From Eledone cirrhosa (lineage: Eukaryota), in the NCBI GenBank assembly GCA_964016885.1, contig OZ024742.1, forward strand, positions 189,410,001 through 189,474,000: DNA of 64,000 bases. The letters are read 5' to 3'. Positions within the stretch are counted from its first letter, which is position 1. The number at the start of each line of letters is the position of its first letter. The notes beneath the pieces are model-generated. The model was not told the DNA's origin, made no database searches, and saw nothing but the letters and a program-made list of their open reading frames with translations. This document shows, in pieces, positions 30,409 to 41,340 of the stretch. The position numbers and the translations under genes were made by a program.

Positions 30409-30627
30409 CCCTTTAACATTCACATTACTCTATATATACTATTGCATTTTGATGGTAAAGGCTTTACCTCACATAATATCTCACATAATATCAAATCTAT
30501 GAGATTTTTAAAGAATTTATTTTGAGAACAATACCTTAACATCAGTTTGAGTGACCAGTTACAGCCAGTTTCAACAGAAAGAGGTAGAGAATTCTGACCA
30601 GTTTTGGCCAGTTTGAACATTAAAGGG
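30409..30627. mobile_element. piggyBac-type MITE, family P1
   Basis: TTAA|CCCTTTAACATT...CATTAAAGGG|TTAA; body similar to 54444-54662. Confidence 0.85.
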
Positions 30628-30645
30628 TTAAGCTTGAAATATTAA

Positions 30646-31417
30646 CCCTTTTGTTACCATATTTTTAATGGAAGACACTGTTTATGTGTTTCAAATAATG
30701 TTGAATGTAACAGTGAATTTAAATGGATTTAGTAAAATACCTAACTTTTTCATTATTAGACTACTGTTTGGAGCATAACTTAACAAAAATTTCTTATATG
30801 AAATTTTGAAGGTTTTAATTTAAATATAATGTGCCAGCTTCAGCTTCCAGTAATCAGAGGAACGGAGGTAGGTGTAAAGGCCAAACTTGCTATCTTCAAT
30901 TTGGTATTTGTGCCAACCCTTACCGATGATCATAAATCTTGGGTAATGACTGAAAGAATATGATCGTGAATACAAGTAGCTGAAATGGGGTTCCTCTGAT
31001 GGGTCTTTGGAGTAATGTTACTCGATAGAGTGCATAGTTCAGAGATCAGAGAGTCACTCCAGATAAAGCTGCTACTTCTCCGAAGTTGAGAAATGAAATC
31101 ACAGCTCCGATACTAAGGAAAATTTGGTTTGAATGTCTCAGGGAAGAATTGATGGACAGATTTTACGGGCAAAACCAATTCCGAGCAGGATGGTTGAATA
31201 ACATCCATGAGCTTGGCTGGTCTTGCTTGGAGATCCAGCCAGATCTGCTGGGGATGATTGCTTCTGACAGGACCCACTGGAAGGAATGTTTAAAGACTCT
31301 GCCTTCATAACCCTCTCAGGAATAAGTGGGCAAAGAAGCAGAAGAGAAGAAGAATGTAAAATGATGAATTTTATATCATAGAACCATATGGAATCAGGCA
31401 AGTTGGTATTGTAAGGG
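30646..31417. mobile_element. piggyBac-type MITE, family P2, interrupted by a LINE fragment
   Basis: TTAA|CCCTTTTGTTACC...GGTATTGTAAGGG|TTAA; relatives at ~20230-20690, 34190-34390, 56335-56678, 58620-59008. Confidence 0.7.
30830..31350 (+). mobile_element. RTE-type LINE 3' fragment (degenerate)
   Basis: KAKLAIFNLVFVPTL..SWVMTERI*S*IQVAEMGFL..DRVHSSEIRE with stops; tail accctctcaggaataagtggg+(GAA)n also at ~23228-23263. Confidence 0.75.
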
Positions 31418-31517
31418 TTAAACAATGAAGCCAAAACATTATAAAATTTAAGGAACCATGTCTTATCTACTGCTGCATCTTATCTTCCAAGTCTGGCTCT
31501 AGGTTTCCAGTATTAAA

Positions 31518-31696
31518 TAATTGTTTCTACTTTAGGCACAAGGCCAGCAATTACCCAGAACATTACTGGTACTTTATTTTATCGACCCCGTAAAGATGAA
31601 AAGCAAAATTAACCTTGGCAGGATTTGAACTCAGACTGTAAAGGGACGTAACTATGCTAGAAAGCATGGTGTCCAACCCTCTACCGATACTGCCAA
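31518..31696 (-). mobile_element. Family A SINE
   Basis: Reverse-complement match to consensus. Confidence 0.88.
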
Positions 31697-31866
31697 ATGA
31701 AGCCAAAATATTATAAACATAAGGGTGAGGTGTGACTTATCAATCACTACAACTTACTTATGAGTATATACACCATCATCATCATCATCACCATATAGGA
31801 CTTTTAAACAGTGCTATTGATATTCTTGTTATTTATCGACCCTCTGTCACCCCAATATAATAAGTA

Positions 31867-32329
31867 CACTTGGGTCTCGAATAATCGTCTCCTTATTAAA
31901 TTTTGCTACTTTATCTCCAATGGAATTTTATTTTAAGTGGTAGCATTTGTGTGACAGTTAATTTTCTTTAGACATTAAAAAAACCCATTATACATGACAA
32001 AAGAAGTACATTACTAGAAATCCCATACATTATAAAATAAATAGGATGGGTTGGGATCTCAATATGTAAACTAAACAACTAATCCTGTTTATTTTTAAAA
32101 AAATCAACAGGGACAACCTAGAGAAATTACTGATTTTTCAAACTGCCCTGTCCCATTTAATCCGACCCCCCCCCCCCACACCACCACCACCACTTATTTC
32201 AACCCACCCCCGCTTATTCCAACTCGCCTACTTGTTCTAACCCCCATACTTATTCCAACCCCCTCACTTATTCCAACCCTCCAACCCCCTTGCTTATTTC
32301 AGCCCCCGCTATTATTTGGGACCCGAGAG
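31867..32329. mobile_element. Tc1/mariner-type MITE with TA TSD
   Basis: TA|CACTTGGGTCTCGAATAAT...ATTATTTGGGACCCGAGAG|TA; subterminal ~20-bp tandem cttattccaacccc. Confidence 0.75.
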
Positions 32330-33088
32330 TACCATAAATGTATTACGATCACTTACATCAACTATTCCCCTCCACAAAACATTGTGAAACTGCCGGCATT
32401 CAGAATTGTATTACTGACATAAAACTAATTATCTCTTCAACATGTTTGCTGACACCCAAAATATTTATAGGAAACACTCTACCTTAGCTTAATTAGGAAT
32501 TTTAATTAAAGAATATGTAGCATTATTATTAGCAATATCATTTCCTCTGTGCATTTTATATTCATTTTTTTTTTACCTGTTAACATGGGTAGGTCTTTCT
32601 TGAAGCAGGTGTATTAATATATATATATATATAATTAATACAATAACAGAGATAGTTTAAAGCTAAACTCTGACTGGTAACCATCTCACTCAACAAACAT
32701 TAGGTTATATTAAAATATAAACCCAATTTAAGTGTTTGGAGTTCTAACAATATGTATAATGTGGAAAAACCAGTTGTATTATTTTATGAGATATAATTAA
32801 AGTTATATATATATATTGTTAGTGGGAGAAAAAATATCAAGCAATATATATATAACAGAATATCTTTTCTACCACTAATAACCTTTCAATGTTTAAGTAA
32901 CAATAATATCTGCTGGGAGTTAGACAAACATATGTGTAATAAAGTTTTATATGAGTCCATATACCACATATGTTTAGGTATAATAAGCATATCATATTCA
33001 CAGCAAGACATCTATTTAGTCTTGCTGTGAATATTTTAAGCTGTAATCATGTCATATATGCCTGAATTATTCTGAATTACTCTGTGTC

Positions 33089-33391
33089 CAGGGCCGTATT
33101 TAATGGGGGGGGGGGGCAATTACCCTGCCCTCCTCTGAAGTCTGGGGGCCACCAGTGATAGCCATAGCAATTTATGTGTGCCCACAGCTGGGCTTTATAG
33201 TTTTAGGATGGTTAGAATTTTTTAATTTAATACCTGTATGTATACCTTTTCAATTCCAATTACCTGTGCCAAGCTGTCTTTGATATGTAAAATTGGAGGG
33301 TCGGTGTTTGCTGTGTATTCTAATACTTTGTGTATGAGGGGCCCCCAAAACTGAAGTGTCCCAGGACACTCAAGGTTTAGATCCAAACCTG
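33089..33391. mobile_element. hAT (Tip100-like) MITE
   Basis: CAGGGCCGTATTTA...TAGATCCAAACCTG; 8-bp TSD tctgtgtc/actgtgtc; internal gggcccc motifs. Confidence 0.7.
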
Positions 33392-33642
33392 ACTGTGTCA
33401 GTGTTATGATTAAATAAAACTAGATGGTCAAGCTTGTATTAAATGGAAATAAGCCTTTGCCAAGATTGATTGTTTACAAAACTTTATAAGATGATATTGG
33501 GTTCCCTATTTCAGCACCCAAGGACTCACAATATGTAAAGCCTTTGAAATGCATCAACCTTTCCTACTCTGGTTGTTAAAGTATCTATAACATGCTGGTA
33601 GCTTAAATACTCATAGTAAGACTAAATGTATGTTTAATATGT

Positions 33643-33972
33643 AAAAGACCCTCTTTGGTCATGAATAACCATTGGATTTGCACCTAGAAAGTTCCCCTCC
33701 AAGGCACAACTCCGATCAAGTTTGTTTGTGGAAGACCAGAAATCACCCATACATACCAGCTTTCCTTCTCCATACCACCGATGTTGTTCAAGGGAAAGGC
33801 AAGGCCAATACAGCCTGACATTAGTGACATCGCAACTCATTTCTACAGCTGAGTGGACTGGAGCATCATGGAATAAAGTGTCTTGCTCAAGGTCACAATG
33901 TATCACGTATTTTGAGAATCAAACTCACAACCTCCCAGTTGCAAGCCCAATGCTCTAACCACTAATCCATGC
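33643..33972 (-). mobile_element. SINE family C (tRNA head + CORE-like + distinct tail)
   Basis: Homologous to 53025-53342; gtcttgctcaag and ctacagctgagtggactggagc. Confidence 0.8.
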
Positions 33973-34391
33973 TCTTGTATAAACATATATACACAACATG
34001 TATATCTTTATTCTGAGTCACAGTATGTTAGTGCTTTAGCTAAACAGATTTCTATAGCTTGTTTAAGAATGCAACACAACAGCTGTAGTATGGCTGGAAA
34101 GTATGGATGGCATAGAGTCATTGTAACCAGAGATACTGTGACTTAACTTGTCTTAATGATAATGTATGACTGAGTGAGGCTTATAATTAACCCCTTTGTT
34201 ACCAGCCAACATCAAATCACTACTGGATTTATGAAACAATATTCTAAGGAGTTCCTACATAAATAAAATCTTCTGACAGAATTTGATACAAGGACCTTTT
34301 CTAATGTTATAAATGCTATGTTAATGTTGAAATGGTTGATAATTTTAATAAATTTCTCCAATTTCTTCATTGATTAATTTAAATACAGTGT

Positions 34392-34686
34392 ACACTGTAA
34401 AGAACATCCAACCCACACTGTAAAGTGATCGTGTAGGTGTCACGACAAAAAGCATCCAGCCCCCACTGTAAAGTGAACGTGTAAAAGACACGGCAAAAAG
34501 CACCCAGCACACACTGTCAATGTAGTTGCCGTTAGGAAGGACATCCAGCTGTAGAAAACCAGCCAGAAACTCTCCTATATGAGCGAGACATGGTCACCTG
34601 ACCCAACTTGCCTCTAATTGGAACAAACCCATCTAACCCATGCTAATGTGGAAGATAGGCGTTAATCGATGATGATGATGATGATG
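34392..34686 (+). mobile_element. RTE LINE/SINE tail with internally repeated cactgtaaagtg module
   Basis: 3-4 copies of the cacactgtaaagtg module, then gttaggaaggacatccagctg and (GAT)n. Confidence 0.75.
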
Positions 34687-35425
34687 TATCTCATCAGAAA
34701 TATGTTATTGAAAGGCTTAAAAAGTAACTAGCTATATCTGCATTAAATTTAATTAGGGTCGGATATACATTGTGTTGATCATCATCATCATCTTCATCTT
34801 ACATCCTCTTTCCATGCTGGCATGGGTTAGACAGGTAATCACAATCTAAATCAGTTTTTCTTCAAAGTTATTGTTCTCCTAAATGGGTCATGGAACCACA
34901 TAATGCTTGTATATTTCGCCGAGGTTAACTTTGCCTTTCATCCTTACGGAGTCGATAAAATAAAGTACCAGTAATGCACTGGGTAATTGCTGGCCTTGTG
35001 CCAAAAGTAGAAACAATTATACATAGAATATTTATCACATTTCATGGTCAAACAAACTATAAAAGTACCAACAACATCAAGACCTTTTGTAACTGTAAAA
35101 CTTCTCGAGTAGATACATATTCCCTTTTCTCTAGTTGAAATAGTTTACAATTGCTTTTCATTACAACTTGATAAAAGAGGACAACAGCTGGCTGGTTGTT
35201 GGAGGAAAGCGAGCATTCATTCACAAAATAAATCAAAACATATATAAATCTGTAAAATAGCAATCAATACTTTGTGTTTAACAATACCATACAACAACAT
35301 AGATATCCTCCGTACTATCTCACCAGTTAGTTGATCATATGGAGGAAGTACAAAAAAGATGCTGAATAAAAGTACTTGTTTTTTAAAATAAAGAAGAATT
35401 ATTAATAAACAGAGCATTTATTTAA

Positions 35426-35611
35426 TCCTTTAGCATTTAAACCGGCCAGAATTCAATCACCTCTTTCTGTTCAAACTGGCCATAACCGGCTGCACAAACT
35501 TATGTTAAGGTATCGTTGTCAAAATAAATAATATGAAAATCTCATAGATTCAATATTCTGTTTACCATGAAAATACAATAGTAAATATAGAGTAATGTAA
35601 ATGCTAAGGGC
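35426..35611. mobile_element. piggyBac-type MITE, family P1, inverted
   Basis: TTAA-flanked; reverse complement of the 54444-54662 body. Confidence 0.8.
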
Positions 35612-36281
35612 TTAAAGAAGGGGAACAAGGATTCTGTAAATCATAGCAAGGCAACCTATCTAGGAGAGGAGTAACTCTGAATAAAATCTGACTCAATGAA
35701 GTGAGGACAAAATACATGCAGTCTATGTTATAAAGTGTTCAGTGATAGAAACAATATCCAGCCTGAAAGATCATGCCAAAACATGAATAGTAAAGACAAA
35801 AAAAAAGCAAAAAGCAAAAGGGAAAGAAGCTAACCTTTCAGGTGTTTCCATTGGTCTTTCAATTGATGGAACTAACCATGTTTTGTTTGCAACACCTGGC
35901 AGAAGCACCATCATTTTTCTGGTCTGGTTATGCAAGGCTGGATTTGAACTCAGAATCCAAAGATCTAAAGCAAATACTTCAAGCCCATCTCATCAATAAG
36001 TTTTAAGAATTCTACCAATCTACAGACCACCACTGAACTAATATTCTATTTATTGATGAAATGCAAAGTTAACCTTGGTGGGATTTGAACTTGGAGCATA
36101 GCGAACCAGATTAATTCTGCAAAACATTTGATCTGATACTCAAAAGACTCTGCCAATTTATTTGCTGTATATTAAAGATAGAAATAAAAGGCAAGAAATT
36201 AAGCATGACTTGACTACCAAAACACTTTGGGGAAAACTGAGGATATTTAACATAAACAAAACAGTTTCAATATTATACAAA

Positions 36282-36500
36282 GGTTGGTGGATTAGCAGTA
36301 TCAGTAGAGCATCAGACAACATGCTTTATGGCATAGGGTTATGCCCCTTTATGATCTGAGTTCAAATCTTGCCATGGTTAGCTTTGACTTTCATCCTTAT
36401 AGGTTGATAAAATAAGGTATCAGCAATACACTAGGGTCGATTTAATTGACTTTCCCCTCCAAAAAAATTGTTGGCCTTGTGTCTAAATCAGACAACAATA
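36282..36500 (+). mobile_element. Family A SINE (older)
   Basis: Consensus match; flanking caatattatacaaa duplicated. Confidence 0.85.
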
Positions 36501-36687
36501 TTATACAAATAAAACAAACAGACCGTGTCAAATAAATATCTATTTATCATCATCACCATCATGATCAGCACCATCATCATATATATTTAATAATGATATT
36601 TACCCTCTATTTAGTACCTTATTAACTGCAGTTACCCCAGATCTCACTTGGGATCTATATATATATATATATATTATATATATAGAG

Positions 36688-36719
<32 letters not shown>

Positions 36720-36829
36720 CATCATCACCATTTTACATCCGTTCTTCCATGCTAATATGGGTTAGACGGGTTGTCCTGTTGTGGGCAGTGTCCGGTCGGC
36801 TGACCTTGTCTTGCTCATACGGGATTTGA

Positions 36830-36860
<31 letters not shown>

Positions 36861-37313
36861 GCTGCAGGTAATAATGGATATTTAAGATATTTAATGTCTA
36901 TTCTTATACAGAAACTGTGTAATTTGACGGCTGTAGTTTGAAAAAGTCTGTCTCCCCCATACTCATTTTAGGGCAAGTTAAGGGTTGGTTTATATGGAAG
37001 ATGTCTGAGGTAAGGATTTTGGAGGCATGTCATAGCTCTAATATAGACACTTAGTTCATGATTGGTTCGGGTTTTACGAAAATAATTATCCAGGGTTTGG
37101 AATCTGACGGTCTTGTCCACTAGATGCTTTATTTATTGTTGTTTTGTTTTCCAAGTGCATTGTTTCCATATAGGGCATTTGATGATTGCTTGAATTTGTT
37201 CTATATTTGTATATAGTGTATATATATGTAGGTAAGTGTATTTATATTTAGGGTTGTTATCGAAGGTGAATAGATTGGTTGGAGCAGTAACAGTCTTGTT
37301 TATATATATATAT

Positions 37314-37662
37314 GGAGGCACATGGCTTAGTGGTTAGAGCATTGGCCTTGCAATCGAAAGGTTGTGAGTTCAATTCTCAGACCGGGTGATGTGTTGTTTC
37401 CTTGCGCAAGACACTTTATTTCACATTGCTTCAGTTTACTCAGCTGTAGAAATGAGATGATAGGGACTGGGTTCCCTATCATTCCACTGCAAAGTGGTCA
37501 TGGAGGTGCCACGGCAAAAAAGCACCCAGCACTCACTGTAAATGAGGTTGGTGTTAGGAAGGGCATCCAGCTGTAGAAATCAAGCCAGAATCAGTTCCCG
37601 TCCCACCCTTGCAAGCAGGGAAAAGAGGACGTAAAATGAAATGATGATGATGAAAATGATGA
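37314..37662 (+). mobile_element. Full-length family B SINE
   Basis: Near-identical to 22465-22810. Confidence 0.92.
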
Positions 37663-37948
37663 TATATAATTCATCAAAACTGCATAAGGTTGAGATCTGA
37701 AGAGCATATTTTAATGTTTGTGACCTGTTCGCTTTCATCCATTCTTTTTCCTCCATCCTATCTTCTCTTTCTTCCTTCGAGTCAACTCACATCGAGCCGC
37801 TGATCTATGTCCTTCGAGGTAATATTTTACCCAATGCTGCTTCAATGGTATTTTGCTGTTCTAACAGCTTCCATACTCTGAGTTTTCCCATTTGCCTGAA
37901 AATCCTAATACACTGGCATCTCAAAACTCTATTTTCGAGTTAATTTGT

Positions 37949-38017
<69 letters not shown>

Positions 38018-38572
38018 TATGGATATATATACTAACTTCATATTTCTTTGGAGATCTATATTATGAATTTGTATAAAATTTTTTCATATCAAAATGTTCT
38101 ATTTGTGGTATATCCAGTTTAGAATAGGTACACTGTAACCTAACATGTCAGAAAAGGTAACTAAAAGAGAAGGCAGCATGAGGGGCATACAGCTGTAAAA
38201 TATTATCTCAAAAAGGATCACATAAGGGGTATAAAGCCTATCATAGGTTAGCAAGGTCCACCCCTGCTTTAACAGGGTAAACTACATTAAAGCACCTTAT
38301 GTTTGGAAGGAGCCCCGCACGGTGGGGTGGCTGTTGCTGTAGGTGCTGCTGGCCATTGTCCACAGAAATGCTTTTGTAGTCTTATCCATGTGGCTCAGCC
38401 ACAACACTGCTACGCCCTAGGTCTAGAGCCCATCACCCCCTCCCCGCATTCTTCTGTGGCCCTAGAGCCATTGCCTTTTCCTTCCTTTTCCATTTTTAAA
38501 TATTTGTAGTATTTTTCTAATTATCTTATAGTCATTCATTCATGTAGTTACTCATTATTTTATTAAACAAAT

Positions 38573-38765
38573 GGGCGGTGGATTGGTAGTATCGGTAGAG
38601 GGTCGGATGCCATGCTTTGACGCATAGAGTTATGGCCCTTGCCATTCTGAGTTCAAATCCCGCCGAGGTTAACTTTGCCTTTCATCCTTACGGGGGTCGA
38701 TAAAATAAAGTACCAGTCACGCACTGGGTAATTTCTGACCTTGTGCCAATAGTAGAAACAATTAT
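38573..38765 (+). mobile_element. Family A SINE with ~20-bp TSD attattttattaaacaaatgg
   Basis: Consensus match; duplicated flank. Confidence 0.92.
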
Positions 38766-39086
38766 TTTATTAAACAAATGGTTACATATATATATACATA
38801 TACATATATATATAGAGATATATGTATATTGATATATATATATTAATATATATATATATAAATATATACATATAAATATATATATATATATATAGGTGTA
38901 GAGGTGCAAGATAACTGAAGCATATCTGGGGATATTTCGATTCCATAGTCAGGTTCAATCACTCATAGATTGTTCCTCGAGCTGATCAACAGTGAAACAT
39001 ATGTAATATGTTATTAAATGTGTTATGATGCAACACCGATTCTTTATTCCTTTATTCTTATACTATATATATATATAATATAATAT

Positions 39087-39275
39087 AATTGTTTCTACTT
39101 TTGGCACAAGGCCAGCAATTACCCAGTGCATTACTGGTACTTTATTTTATCGACCCTGTAAGGATGAAGGGCAAAGTTAACCTCGGCGGGATTTGAACTC
39201 AGACCATAAAGAGCCATAACCCTTTGCTGCAAAGCATGGCATCCAACCCTCTACCGATACTGCCAATCCACCGTC
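39087..39275 (-). mobile_element. Family A SINE
   Basis: Reverse-complement consensus match. Confidence 0.9.
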
Positions 39276-39321
39276 CTTATATATATATATAATATAATAT
39301 AATAATATAATAATATGTATA

Positions 39322-40599
39322 TCACCATCATCACCTTCGTTTAACGTCCATTTTCCACGCTGGCATGGGTTAGGCAGGAGTTGTCCCACTTGAGGCAAGG
39401 TTGGTCGGATGACCATGTCTCGCTCATATAGGACTATCTGGCAGGTTTTCTACGGCTGGATGCCCTTCCTAACACCAACCACATTTACAGTGTGGAACTG
39501 GGAACTTTTTACCGTGTTACCTACATGGCCACATTACAGCGTGGACTGTGTGTTTTTTTCTCGTGACACCTACACGATCTCGATCTCATTTATCTCATTT
39601 ATTTGGACTGGATGTTGTGGTACTAACTTTATAGAGAGAGGGTGGTGTTGGTGGGAGTGGGAGGATAGGGTAGGGGTAGTTGATTGGGGTGTATATTTGG
39701 TTAAGATGTGCCTACTGACTGTAGGTTTCGCTTTGTACATAGGCAAGGCGGGTCTTCTGTATTACTCGGTCCAGTGACATTGTCTTAGAGAGCTGCAAGT
39801 GTGTAAGGTCGGAATTTATCAGAAAATCCCAGGTTTTTCTGGGTCTACCTACTCTGTAACTACCATCAATTTTGATCGCCCTGCATTTTTTTATACAGCT
39901 GTCATCCTTCATACGCATCACGTGGCCATACCAACGTAGTCTTCTCTCAAGTAAACAGCATCTGATCCCTCTTATTCCTAATTTCCCACTTAGTTCATTT
40001 ATGCTTTGCCCTTCACGTATATTACTATTACACATCCAACGGAGCATTCATGCTTCATTTCTTTCCAGTCTACGCAGGTCCTCTGCGCGCAATGCCCATG
40101 TCTCACTGCCATGTAGCATTGCTGTTCATATACAAGCATCATACAATCTGCCTTTCATTTTTAGAGAGAAACATTTTGTGGCCAACAGCGGTATAAGCTC
40201 TCTGAACTTTTTCCATCCCGTTCTGACTCTGGCTACTGTACTTTCAGAACACCCTCCACCACTGCTGATTTTGTCACCCAGGTAACGGAAAGTGACTACT
40301 ATTTCTATAGAACCATCTGGGCAATAGAAGGGGCTAGTATCCTGTGGACACTTGCTACCTGTTGCACCTGAGAATCGGCCACATATAAAATCTCGTTCTT
40401 AGATAGTTTACCTGTGATCCCACTACATCTTTTATGTACCCATACTTTGCATTTGGGACATAAAATTGAATTTCTGCCTACTCCTTTCTTACACACTAAG
40501 CAAGGCCATTTCCCTCAGGGTACCTGTGCCTTATTTTCCTTTCTACAAACTAGCACTTTAGTCTTCGACGAGTTAACTTTAAGGCCTTTTGATTCTAGG

Positions 40600-40600
<1 letters not shown>
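39322..40600 (-). mobile_element. 5'-truncated RTE-clade LINE (ORF C-terminus, disrupted, plus 3' UTR)
   Basis: LESKGLKVN..KTK, CKKGVGRNSILCPKCKVWVHKRCSGI zinc finger, MLRWMCN...RRLRWYGHVMR...GRPRKTW; stops and frameshifts. Confidence 0.92.
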
Positions 40601-40645
<45 letters not shown>

Positions 40646-40777
40646 ATGCTTTGGGAGGGTTATGTTGACAATAAGAAACCCACGCACCAGTTGCTTTCAC
40701 TCCAATTTATTATAAATTAAATTTATAAATTTCCGGTTGGTTGGTTGGTTCCACAACCGAACGGTTGTTCATATATT

Positions 40778-40820
40778 GTCAAAGTTCTTTCGTCACACAT
40801 TCTGTGACCTCTTCAGTGAC
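40778..40820 (-). ncRNA. Minimal type I hammerhead ribozyme (copy 2, inverted arm)
   Basis: Identical to 44138-44180. Confidence 0.75.
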
Positions 40821-41340
40821 TGGGATTCTTTTCTTTGTTTTTGTCCCTCTCCTTTGTTCTGTCCTACGCCATCTTGGTTTTGTGTGTGTTGTGTGCTTAG
40901 TTTGCGTATGTGTTACATCCGGGTGTCTGTGTGGGTTTATATTTGTTTATTTATTTGTTTATTTACATGTTACTGGTTGGTTGTTTGTTCTATGTGTGTG
41001 TGTGTTTTCATTTTGTCCTTAATTGTAAGTTGTGATGTTACTATTCCATTCATGTTTTCTATTTAATTTTGGTTGGAGTTCATTTATGTTTATTGCCTCT
41101 GTGATTTGTCTAAACATTGCGTCTTTTCTGTGTGTAGATTCTATTTTTATTTCTATATTCTCTAACTTACCCTTATGTTCTATTTTAGCATGTTGGTGGA
41201 GTATTGATGATTCTTTTTTATCTTGAAGTTCTCGCCAGCGTTCATTTAACCATTCTCCTATACTACGAGCTGTCTCACCTATGTACACTATATTCTTAAC
41301 TCTACATTGTCCTTCAGTACATCTTATGATATATACTACA

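Noticed and set aside
35057-35417. Unique-looking short ORFs as host exons
   Set aside because: No recognisable motifs or convincing splice-site pairs
37791-37895. Candidate 105-bp minus-strand exon (ttttcag ... gtgagt)
   Set aside because: Stop codons in all three frames; no supporting neighbouring exons
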